Positions 1 through 10,678 of a stretch of 64,000 bases of DNA are shown in pieces. Position numbers and translations under genes: made by a program. The notes below the pieces were generated by a model. It was given only the letters and a program-made list of their open reading frames with translations, was not told where the DNA came from and did not search any database. The stretch is from the NCBI GenBank assembly GCA_977862235.1, contig OZ374565.1, forward strand, positions 930,001 to 994,000. The letters run 5' to 3'. Within the stretch, counting starts at the first letter, position 1; the number at the start of each line of letters is the position of its first letter. The stretch is from Dudresnaya verticillata. Its lineage: Eukaryota.

Positions 1-957
1 AGGAAAGTACCAAACGCATGGTCCCGTGTTATCCGTTGGGAAAGACCCCCTGTTGATCTTCCCAGAAAGGCTACCTCTTTCTCGCTTGACATGACGATGT
101 ACATGGCTTCGCCCTGTGGCGTCTCTCTCAACTGTCTTTTTGAGGGTCACATTTCTCTTCCTCTTCCATATGGATTTGCGATTCTACTTGAATTCCATGT
201 TCTCTTTTGAATGTTTCCAAGTCTACTTCCTGTCATACAGTTTGCGAAAGAGTCTTCATCGATGGCGCCAGCTGGACGCAGACTCTGTAAACCAACTATT
301 TTCTCTCACCTCGACACCACAATCTGCCAAGTATTAGAGATTTTTCATTTGTTGTTTAGGGTGGTCCTACGCGGGCGACTCGGGCCATTTGCAGGCACAC
401 CATGGGGTGTGGTCGTGCAGGATGTACTAGAGCTTCGAGCGAGGAGATGGGCATAGCGGGTGATCATGACCACAGATCTGTGGACAGATGCGCCGGTGTC
501 CTGAATCGCGTGGGAGATGTAGCGGAGTATAGAGTGGGACGGGAATATCCCTATACTGTACTGATAGTGAGCACGATATTTTATTGCCTACGCAGCAATT
601 GAAACAAGTCGCGCTGAAGTCCCAATAATCAGATTATTGTTGCCGGTGCACTTCCTCGAGTTGACTGTCATTTATTGTTATTGTTTCACTGCCTCCAGTT
701 GACCCTCACTTACTGGATGAAAAAATTCTTGGCACAGGACCGCTGGAGTAGTCTGAGGTGGACTCGTGGAACCCCCACAATGGGGGGTGCCCCTTCCCCA
801 AGTCCACGTCTGATACATGGTGTCAAGTGGGCCACCATGGACAGGTTGGGAAAACAGTGGATCCCCTTGCCCGTGTCGGATCATTCACACCACTAATAAC
901 TCCCCGGGAATAGTAGAACCAATTCCACTCCATGCTATCCCCAACTTTTTGAACATT

Positions 958-1856
958 TTATAGCGAGCAGCGAGAAGTAAGCAGCTTCCCTAATAACAAG
1001 TCGAAAAGATCGCAGCCGTTCATCAATGCATCGTTGCGTTTTGGAATGTACCTCACTTGTGGCTTCACTCCAAAGTTTTCCACGATTGACCCAGCCTTCT
1101 TCCCAGTGCGATAGAATCGAAGAAACTAACAATCACTTGTATTCGACATTCTACTGTACAAGTTACAGAAGAGTGAATTTGGCGGCCTTGCGTGGAGGGC
1201 AAGGAAATTTGTGAGAGTTGGAGGCTCGAGAACTCAAGTCTTGGAGGGGGCAGTCATGTAGAAATTTAACCACCGCAATAAGCTCTCCATGAGGAGTATC
1301 GTGAAGTGCTACGAATTGAACAATGCTACAGAATCGTGGTTCAACATGCCGAGAAATAAGCTCTGCCCTCCGGACTTGGCCTGCATGCTCTCACATTCAG
1401 TACTCTCAAGACTCCTGTGAGCAAGCCCGCACAGAACCACCGTAGGACGGCCGCATCCCTTTCCCCTGCTGTGCTTTCGTTCCCACGTCAGTGCCCTAGA
1501 TGGTGCTACTGTGCCGCCATATATTTTGCTCATGGGCCAAGGTGGTGTTAGCCTTTCGAAATAAGTCTTTCCGCAGACCAGGGAACGAAAGGACAAAGGT
1601 GATGTTACACTTTACTTAACCTGCTTTTTGAGTAAGTCGGCTTTGGAAGCTGAGGCCTATGAACCAACATACAAGGAAGTTGCAGCATAAACTGGTGCGG
1701 CGACTGGAAAGCTTGCGTCAAGTAACGACAACAACTACCTACTGATGAATCAACGTGGCAATTCCAGAGCTGAATTTTTCTCAGTGACTGGCGAGGTACG
1801 TTTACCTCAACGAGGGAACACAACCGCGAGGTACAGTACTGTCGTGCCCCGAACAT
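958..1856 (-). pseudogene. Decayed tandem paralogue of the adjacent S41 peptidase (3' part)
   Basis: Minus-strand 1125->958 reads FLRFYRTGKKAGSIVENFGVKPQVRYIPKRNDALMNGCDLFDLLLGKLLTSR, matching the neighbour's C-terminus FLRYYRTGKRAGAIVENFGIKPQIRYFPTRDDALKNDCDLLEFLGKVLTSR. Upstream remnants (NVPRQS vs NVPRQP; KIYGGTV vs RVYNGSV) sit in broken frames. The 5' boundary is approximate. Confidence 0.8.
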
Positions 1857-2140
1857 TACTCGCCGTCGTTAGAACTTGGCCCCACCTCCATCACATCACT
1901 AGATAAATTGAACCATTACTGCTGTTGGTGCCCTGATCAAGGCATCAGCGAAGGTCCCGAGTTCATAGACATGAGAACTCGATAAATCGTTTGACGCGAA
2001 AGGGAACTTCATTCAGAAAGTTAACCAAGCTTAAACAACGCAATAACGAGTGGGTAACTTTGCCGACAAAGAAAGCCTTGATTGCCACGCGTGAGGGCAA
2101 CCCTCAACTCGTTCGCGGAGTATTCCATTAGGAGCACGGC

Positions 2141-3982
2141 TTAGCGGGACGTCAATACCTTCCCCAGGAACTCTAAAAGATCACAATCATTCTTCAACGC
2201 GTCGTCACGTGTTGGAAAGTATCTTATCTGAGGCTTGATTCCGAAGTTCTCCACAATAGCCCCTGCCCTCTTGCCGGTACGATAGTATCTCAAGAATGCA
2301 GTACTCACATCGATGCCACCCGGAAGCGGTGGGAAAAGCTCCGGCAGGAGGCCATTAAAATCACTGTATGACATAACAGTGGCACCGCCTGCTCCGACAT
2401 TATCGGATGTCCCCACAACTTTAGATGCCTTCTGATCGACCTGCAAGGCAGTAAATATGTCCCCAGAACTGTACGTTCTTCCATCGACGAGTGTCACTAC
2501 AGAGCCATTATAAACCCGTGGCAACTTTTCAATCCCGAGAAGGAAGAGATTGCCAGCGGGACCGCTGAGCAGCTCGCCGGTTCTGAGGGCCGTTCTTATA
2601 GCTGCACGAAGGCTCAAAAAGGTTCTCCGCGGAGCAGTTTCGTTTCGCGAAACCTGCTGGACCAGTGCTTTGGTAATTGCCCTTCCCAATGAGGTTGCAC
2701 GAGCAGATAAAGGTTGCCGTGGCACGTTGGCATCGGATGTCAACTCGACCAGGAACTTGGCGTTGTCCGTAACGCCGCCGCCATTGCCACGCAAATCCAG
2801 TATCAATCCGTTTGGAGGCATCCTGAAAAGAAGACGAGCAAGCTCGTTAAGCAACTCGTTTGAGGGAAGGATGCTGAAACTACGGACCTCGATGAGTCCG
2901 ATTGGGCCACTAGATGTACTCAAAAGCTCAGCTCCGAAGAGCTCATCAAAAGGCTTCGTCACTGGGATAGTCGCCCGCTTCTTGTTGCTCACTCTCACAG
3001 CATCCTCCGCGAGCAGAGAATCGGCCGGGCGCAGCTGCAACAAATCTGACATGCGAAGATTTGTGTCAAAACGACGGCCTGTCCTAGGTCTGAACCTGCT
3101 CGCCATGGACTCGGCAGCTTCCTCATTGGAAACGGTTAAAAAGATCCACGGTACGAGGATCTCAGCCTTCTTCCCGTTCAGGTCTACAAAGCCAACCCTA
3201 GCTGCGCTCTCAGCGGGCAGCGGGTTAATCGTGAACACTCTACCTGTTAGTGCGAGGACGGAATTGTCAATCTGAGCTTCGCGGTTGGAACCGAATCCCT
3301 GAACTCCAAGCTTGCGCACAACCGCGTCGACAGGGACACCATTCCATGACACGATCTCCACACCCACTTCGAAGCCAAGCTTTTTTGGAATCGGCACGGA
3401 CACACGTGTGACGACGTACCGTCGGTCCCGCTTTCCGTTCGCAGGCTCAGCGTCGAAGAATTTGCTCACATCGAAGCCTGTGACCGCAAGTGAAGAGTTG
3501 AGCGGGAAAGGGGGAACGTAGACGGTGTGAAAGTCGTCCAACTTCTGAAAGATGGCGCGCATGGCAAAGTGGAAATCGACATTGGTTAATGAACTCCCCT
3601 CCTTCGACACACGCTTCTCCAAGGCTTCTAATTCTACCAAAGGGTCGAAGTTGAGAAAGTTGAGATGCAGGCCTCGGTGAGGATTGAGCTGGCCGAGGAG
3701 TGTTTTCGACGCGGTGATGACGGCCTTCCGGTCACTGACGCCAAAGTCGGCGGCATTCGCCTCCTTCAAGATCGACTTGAGCGAGCGGACTTGCACGTTG
3801 GAGGATTGGCGACTGCTGAACGACAGACAGGCCCCGTGCTCGTGCATACAGATGTCAACTGTTTCGGCGTCGCCATCATCGCAATGGCTGCTTCGCGTGC
3901 AGCGGCGCAGCGCATGTACTGTTGTTAGAGCCGGCAGGAGAAGGAGCAGGAGCCGCAGGAGCCGGTGATGCGAGTGAGCCAT
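2141..3982 (-). CDS. Secreted S41-family (tail-specific protease-like) serine peptidase with PDZ-like region, ~613 aa
   Basis: Likely ATG at 3982 (MAHSHHRLLRLLLLLLPALTTVHA, signal peptide). Short Cys motif CDDGDAETVDIC, PDZ-like GVEIVSWNGVPV, and S41 motifs LILDLRGNGGG, TYSSGD and GAGGA. No introns. Confidence 0.88.
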   Translation of the reverse strand: MAHSHHRLLRLLLLLLPALTTVHALRRCTRSSHCDDGDAETVDICMHEHGACLSFSSRQSSNVQVRSLKSILKEANAADFGVSDRKAVITASKTLLGQLNPHRGLHLNFLNFDPLVELEALEKRVSKEGSSLTNVDFHFAMRAIFQKLDDFHTVYVPPFPLNSSLAVTGFDVSKFFDAEPANGKRDRRYVVTRVSVPIPKKLGFEVGVEIVSWNGVPVDAVVRKLGVQGFGSNREAQIDNSVLALTGRVFTINPLPAESAARVGFVDLNGKKAEILVPWIFLTVSNEEAAESMASRFRPRTGRRFDTNLRMSDLLQLRPADSLLAEDAVRVSNKKRATIPVTKPFDELFGAELLSTSSGPIGLIEVRSFSILPSNELLNELARLLFRMPPNGLILDLRGNGGGVTDNAKFLVELTSDANVPRQPLSARATSLGRAITKALVQQVSRNETAPRRTFLSLRAAIRTALRTGELLSGPAGNLFLLGIEKLPRVYNGSVVTLVDGRTYSSGDIFTALQVDQKASKVVGTSDNVGAGGATVMSYSDFNGLLPELFPPLPGGIDVSTAFLRYYRTGKRAGAIVENFGIKPQIRYFPTRDDALKNDCDLLEFLGKVLTSR

Positions 3983-5189
3983 GGCGGAGCGAGAAAGGAT
4001 TTTTAGAGGCGGCGGACAGTTCGGGCTGTTCGACGGGAGCTCGGCAAGCACGGGCTGGAGGCGGAGGGGACTGGGACTTACTCGGTGTGAAGAAGTCGTT
4101 GACAGTAGTGTGGCGTTACAAGTACGGTCCCCACCCACCCACGAAAGACGGCTCCGACATTGCATCTGCCCGGGGGAGTCGAGGTGACGGTTTCGGTCCG
4201 TCTGGTGACCGACCACACATGCAATACCCTATGAGGATGGGCGCCGAATTTGGCCTCAAGAAACCGCAGGAATGTGCGCGCGCATGCAGGAACGTGGCAA
4301 TGCATGGGTAACAGTTACTGTATCTTAAGGGAGGACTCGTTCGGAGTGCAAGAATAGTTCCTCGGTCGGGAGCGTCCTGTCGCCTGATTGACATAGATCA
4401 ACGTCAAGGGGAATGACGCACGGCGCTTTGCAGTGTCGCTACGGAAAATTCGACACTTGGAGAGCGGCGCGGTATGACATGTTGCGCCGCTCCCGGACCG
4501 TTTTCTGTCCGCAGCATCATCTCACCAAGTCCCATCGCGCCGCCGTGTCACGAGCAATTTTGATGTGCAGGTAACCTCACCATCGACGCAAAATCGAGAT
4601 TTCATCGCCAGGCGACTGACTACACGGTATCGTGCGTGTTACGTGCGGCGTAAGCGCCTGCCACGGTCGCTCGCTGTCGACAATCGCAGCTGGTGCCTGC
4701 CCTTTGGGTGACACTTTCAATGGAAAGCCGGACGCTAGGAGGAGATCAACATTAGTGCATCCCAGCGGTGCCGTGCTGCGAACAACGGGCGAAACTGACG
4801 CCATCCTATCATCGGGCACCCTTCGAAACCGTTAAGAGCAGGGCAACTTCGAAGGGTACCCGTCATCGTCGGAACTGTTCACGTCAAGAACAAACATCAT
4901 TCTTTGACATGTGTCCCAATTCGGCAGCCGCGAGGAGGCTATTTCTCTGACCCTGAGCCACCGCGGGGACTCAGCGCCGACTTGGCGCCGATCGATGATC
5001 GATGGCCCAACGGGGACTTTTGAACTGTGTGCATTGCTGCTCCGGCACGTGAATCCCGGCTCTGGCAGTTGGCACTATCGCTTCGCAGCGAGCGGAGCGT
5101 GTTTCTTCCTAGCCTTACGCCATGGTTGCTGTGAACAGTCGTAATGATTACTCCCCCGCGCCACCTGCTGCGGCATGATACCCCTCATA

Positions 5190-5262
5190 CCCCCGCTGAA
5201 GAGGGCACCTCCCCCTGAAGAGGGAACCCCCCTCCTCCTGAAGATGGTACCCCCTCCTCAAC
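5190..5262. repeat. Degenerate tandem repeat, about 3 x 21-23 bp (CCCCTGAAGAGGG-like core)
   Basis: cccgctgaagagggcacc / ccccctgaagagggaacc / ctcctgaagatggtacc. Confidence 0.55.
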
Positions 5263-6866
5263 AGAAAGGGTCTCTTCTGCGGGTAACCCTACTCGCCTGC
5301 GGCGAGTCTTGATGGCATGTTGCATAGGTTAGCGCTCGAGACAGATCCTTCATTGCGCTCTCTGGAACTCACAAAGTGCTGCGCCCTCAATCTAATGTTT
5401 CGCGCCCTTCCCGCAGAGGGGAAAGGTTTCGCTCAATGGCTCTGCATAACCCAACCGTGACGATTGCATTGCTGGAGGAGAGTGACGCCGCCGGAGCACC
5501 CCACGCTCACCCGCAACGTGGCCTCGTGAGATCAGCATCTACACGCTCAGCAAGCAGTCTCCCCGATTATGGAGCTTCTAAAATAATTCACCCTGCGATG
5601 CGAGTCCTCCTCCGAGACGAGCGGCTGTAAACCCATACTCGCACAAGCAGACATCCTTCCGCTCATCCACAAGCGGTGCACCAATAACTTGTTACTTCCG
5701 ACCTCGTAAGGTTTACGGTACCTGCTGTCACATGACCGATGGCAAAACATTGGAAGAAACGCTAAGCGTTTGCCATGGGTCATGAGCAAGCCATGCCGTA
5801 CGCAGGAGCTTGAGTGTGCTGGTCGAAGTATCCCATGGCGGATGGATAAACACTGCTTGCTAATGAGAGCACCGCACTCCAACTGGCATCCTCAAAGTAT
5901 TTCCAGACACAATTCGGGCAGCCACCTTTCCCGAGATAAACCGGCAAACACGCAAGTGACAGCGCTAGCACAAGAGACCAGCAGCCATACAGCATACTCT
6001 TATCAACTTGCCTCAGCTTGCCCCGGAGGCCCTGTACGTACGGTACCAAGCGAAAGGTGCTTATATGCGCATGCGTCGCTGGGCCTTTTATTGCACACCC
6101 GAGCATCAACTACTCACCCGGCTTCACAATTGCTCCTCGGCGCGGGCATTGCAATCACAATCTTGGAATAACATGTTCAGACCGAACCTGTGCTGCTTCG
6201 AGCAACACGGAATAACAGCGAATCGGACCATGGTAGTACATCATGTTCTTCTCGCCGCTGCGAGCTGCTCCGCCCCCATACAAACATGTGACCCTATTAG
6301 GAGCGTTATTAGCGGCCGCATCAGCAGTTTCAGAGGTAGGTACTTTGCTCAGCAGACTGCGCAGAGTGACGCCGCTGCGACTCGCTGTGCAGGGAAATAA
6401 GGACGGAGCTTTCCGTGCAGCACCGTGCAGTTGCGGTATAGAATGTTAGCGTGGTTGGGGATGCAGAACGCCTTTCCAAACTTTTCGAATGATAGGTGCC
6501 ACTCGCATCCTTCGCCGACCAAAGCTTTCTACCGCAGCTTCCTAACCAGTAGAGCATGTCTCGGCACCCCCGATTGCAAGTGTACGTTCCCCATAGATCA
6601 CAACACTCCTTAGCGCCACGTCGTCCATGCACTTCCCGCAACGACTACGGAGCAGTCGACTGCTGCACAGCAGTCTGCCTCGCAAACACATCCAGTTCGC
6701 ACATCGTCAATCGCACGGCTTGTCATGACAAATTCAGGCTAGCTCACGATACCATGCCTACAGAACAGAATTGTTCATCTTGTAGAACGTCCTGACGGTC
6801 CGACAGAAATGACCCGAATCGGCAACAATACCATCATGCCACTTTCAGTGCAAAATCTGGTGAGTT

Positions 6867-6868
<2 letters not shown>

Positions 6869-6901
<33 letters not shown>

Positions 6902-6914
6902 GGGGGGGTGTGGG
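6869..6914 (+). repeat. Poly-G tract (G32 plus G-rich tail)
   Basis: Uninterrupted G from 6869 to 6900, followed by tgggggggtgtggg. Confidence 0.95.
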
Positions 6915-6928
6915 AATCTCACGCAAGG

Positions 6929-6987
6929 GGCGTCGAGAACAAACCGACGTACGATTGTACGTCGTACGTCGGTTTGTTCTAGACGCC
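6929..6987. repeat. Inverted repeat / hairpin with 19-bp perfect stem and 7-nt loop
   Basis: agaacaaaccgacgtacga (6936-6954) pairs with tcgtacgtcggtttgttct (6962-6980); extended by ggcgtc/gacgcc after one mismatch. Confidence 0.9.
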
Positions 6988-7168
6988 TCCTTGCATCGCC
7001 TATCGCCTCGACGGTAGACAGGAACCAGCCCCCCGAGGGGCAAGCCCTGCTGTGCATAGCACCAACAAAGATACTGCTGCAAGTTTTGAGGGCAGCATGA
7101 CCGCAATTGTACATCCTACGACTTCATCGACACCAATATCGCCTTATACGCAACAAGCTGACTGGGGC

Positions 7169-8134
7169 TTACAAGCATACAGCGGGAAACCTTTCCTTGT
7201 CGGCATCTCGAAGCTGCACTGGTTCCTCTCGAACAACCTTACCATCCACGAAACGCACCTCTTCCACAACCGCCTCACCAGGCATGTATCTGATAGAGTA
7301 TCGCGCCACGCCAGGCCCACGCTCCCCCACGCTACCCTCGACAAACGGGTCACCTCTGTGAAACAGGAACCTTGTATGCAGAATGACATCGCCGGCGCGC
7401 ATGCGGGGCTTAATAGCAATCTTCTCCAGGCTGTCGTTCAACTCGCTGTCCAGCTCAGCCAGCAAGCATGTGCCGCCCTCGCGGATAGCGCGGCGGCACT
7501 CCAAGAAGCTCTCCTGAAATGACCCAGGTGCGATGGCGAGTCCCCCACCATCCTCACCCACGTCATCCAGTGCAATCCAGGCATTCACACCTGGACCAGG
7601 CGCGTCGAGTGGGCTTGGCCAGAAGAAGCTGTCATCGACATGAAATCCGCAGCCGATGTTGTTGCCCTTCATGCGGAAGAAGGCGTCGTTGAGCACGACC
7701 AGCCCGCGGTCGCCGCCGCTGGACGGCGTGAGCTGGGCGGCAGCAGCGGCCACCGCGGAAGACGTGGCCACATCGAGAAAGAAGGGGCACTGGTTCCACA
7801 CGCGGAAAGACAAATTAGCGTAGCGACTTACCGTCTCAGGACGCGTAACGTCCAATGCGGGGATATGCTCGTGGATCGCGGAGAGCTCCGACTTTGTGAG
7901 AAGGCCGCGTGCGATGACGAAACCGTCTCGATAGAATGCCTCAATGTCTTCTGCGGTTAGTGGACCGGTTGGCGAGACGGTTTCGGGTGGAGGGCGAACC
8001 AGCTCGAGCCCCGGGGGGCTTTGCGCGAGAGCCATTCTCGGACTGCGGGAAGGGCGAGAGCGACGGGCTGAGCACGTCGTTAGTCTCGAGCGCGACGCAA
8101 AAAGTGGCGGATACGCCGGGACGAAGGCGTGCAT
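7169..8134 (-). CDS. Phytanoyl-CoA dioxygenase (PhyH)-family 2OG-Fe(II) oxygenase, probably plastid-targeted, ~321 aa
   Basis: LTAEDIEAFYRDGFVIARGLL start motif, HxD (GFHVDD), NAWIALDD, GDVILH and distal His (LFHRG). Likely start MHAFVPAYP followed by an R/S-rich transit-peptide-like leader. Confidence 0.88.
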   Translation of the reverse strand: MHAFVPAYPPLFASRSRLTTCSARRSRPSRSPRMALAQSPPGLELVRPPPETVSPTGPLTAEDIEAFYRDGFVIARGLLTKSELSAIHEHIPALDVTRPETVSRYANLSFRVWNQCPFFLDVATSSAVAAAAAQLTPSSGGDRGLVVLNDAFFRMKGNNIGCGFHVDDSFFWPSPLDAPGPGVNAWIALDDVGEDGGGLAIAPGSFQESFLECRRAIREGGTCLLAELDSELNDSLEKIAIKPRMRAGDVILHTRFLFHRGDPFVEGSVGERGPGVARYSIRYMPGEAVVEEVRFVDGKVVREEPVQLRDADKERFPAVCL

Positions 8135-10678
8135 GGGTGCTGAGCGGATGAGCTGTTGGGAAGAGCGCGACGAGGCACGAACGGAAGTCAACGGGTGACG
8201 GTAGTCGCTTTCGGTGGTGGAGGCCTGCGGGTGCCGAATCGTCCAGCGATGGGAGCTGCACACCGTGACCTTCACCACGACGGGTGTACGAAGGGTAGGC
8301 CCTCGTGCTGGTGGCCACAAACTTTTCGGGAAAACATTTTGGAATTTCCGAAAATGTTTCAGCAGATTGAGCAAATACCGAAGAAAACTGTGTTGATCAC
8401 AGTAGCGGTAATAATCGAGCTTCGCATTCCTCAACGAAGCCTTCTGCCTGTTCTTGGTGGGCTCGAAACTTCGGCTCTTATCCCACACTCGCTAATGAAA
8501 CGTGGCGGTTTTATCCGACTCAGCCCCTAGTAGATGGAAACCGTTCTGAAGTGTTCGAATTCGCTGCGTAAGATTCGTTTATAGTACCGTCAACTCTAAT
8601 CTCAAGCCCACTTTCTTGTCCAGAGCAGTTTCAAAGCCATTGCTTTACGTATTGTCTTTTTTTGAAGTTGAGAGATGGAGACCTTCTGCAACTGGCTTTT
8701 TGCAACGCTCCAGAGCAGCTGCAAACTGTTCTGTAGTAGGAAGAAATCAAGGCACTACTGAGGGTAGGTATGCCCGACTATTCACAGCAGCAGTGTTACA
8801 GTTTGCTGCAGCGCCTGTTTAGCCTCCTGAGTATTATATTATTGGCATTGCATGACTAGACACGCCCCAAAACTTCCCTTGAGGGTCTGGGTAGCCCTTT
8901 CGTTGCAGCAGCCGTGTCAGAAAAAAGCCGACTACTTCCATTTTCGAGACTTCATCAAACGAATAGGCCGTTCCCGTCCTGCGCTGTAGTAGTTCCAAAC
9001 CAAAAATATATATGTCAGCAATGGCAACGTTTCCTGGTTGGGAGACATTAATGAGTGGCAGCCATTCTTCTTAAACTTGTTCAGTGTTCAGAGTTTAATG
9101 CGTATACAAGTGTATCCTACCAGTTATATATATTTTGGAGATATGATTCCAGCTCCTCTTGGATTTTTCATTGAGGTTTTCCGGAAAACCAGCACCATCT
9201 CACAGAAAAGTGCCTCATGATGACGAATAGTTTTGCAGAAAAAAGAACAGCCTTTGAACTCCTCCACGGCCTCGCCATCTTCTGCACCTCTTGTTTATGA
9301 AGACATGTGTTGCCAATGCTAGGTTGAAATAATGGTTCAAGGTTAAAAAGGAAAACATGCGAATGGAACCGCGCAATATTCAACACACTTGGAAGAGGAG
9401 GAGGACCTGCACCGTGTTAGAAATTTCGTTCGCTCTGAAACGTTTCTGTTACGCCCACTCTTTTCCTTTTTCTTTTATGCTGATATGATGCTTGCTATTG
9501 CTTGCAGCATTATTTTAAGGTCAACTGAGAGACAACCTTGATGAAATTTAGATGTTGTGTGCATTCCATTTGAAAGATTTTTGTTATGAGGGTAGGGGCG
9601 TGTACACCTTATTAGTAACAAACAAGTTGTCGCCCACTTTAGCAAGCTCCACAGATTCCATAGCTATAAACGTCTATTCTAAACTGCCAGCTATTGCTCC
9701 TCCTGAAGAGTCCTAGCACACTCATATACAAAACGACGTCCAAGTCCAGATCTTTTTTGTTTGTGTTCGTCCTCGTAGGATGCAGTAATGCACACGCCGT
9801 GGCATACTCACTCACGCAAGCTTACGTACAGCTCAGCCACGAACCCTAGATCTACATGAATGTTCTCACACGGCGAAGACGGAGCTTTAATAATTTATCT
9901 ACTCTTTTGTCAATTCGTCCACTTCTTGTAATGCACGGCATGCAACTTGCAAGCCATGGTTCTGTAGAAAGCAGCAGTTGCCTCCCGGTATTGAGCCACG
10001 ATACTCTAGGGCCAAGCTGTCGAGAAGACCCGCATCGAATTCCTTCTGTGCACCACCCTCATGCGCTGCACAATCAGTACCATGCCGGCAATCCACGATC
10101 TAATCCTTTGGCATTTGCAGTCGGACCTAACAATTTACTGGCTATTGATTTCCGGACACGTCGATCGAAAATGTTCGTGGAATGACCTGAAAATAGCCCT
10201 GCTGCCTTTTAGACAATGCTCAAAATAGCAGAAGGGCCCGCTTACCGGCGTTCCGATTAGTTGCCATAGACTCTCGGCATCCAACAGAACAGAAGATTAG
10301 ACGTTTCGGAGCTTTGAAGTCTTCGCTGTGGCGCTGCCCTGGTGCCCTAGTTGGTGCCACTATTGATGTATTACGTCTGTAAACCCAACAAGACATAGTC
10401 GACCTTTTTGTGTTCTTGCCGTGGTGCCTCATGTTATGATGTTCAGTGACAAGTACATGTCCTGTCAGTAACAGGGATCAGGAGTCCGGGTTTTCCGGAA
10501 TTGGATGCGCGGGGGCTCGGTGCCTGCGTCCATATAATAGCGCCATGCTAAACCGGGGACTGACCATTTCCATAAAACTGCCTCAGTAAGAGTGCAGCAG
10601 AAGTCTCATTGTACTCAATTTCTTCTACCAGCCTTCAGTTAACGCTAGCAAGAATTTCTACTTCCAGACGTCATCATC

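Noticed and set aside
2550..3275. Long ORFs opposite or overlapping real genes (also 22473..23279, 34186..35163)
   Set aside because: Shadow frames of GC-rich coding sequence with no independent evidence.
3983..4216. N-terminal extensions in the ORF track (also 8135-8488 and 13223-13672)
   Set aside because: They begin at non-ATG codons; downstream ATGs coincide with the signal peptide, transit peptide or domain start.
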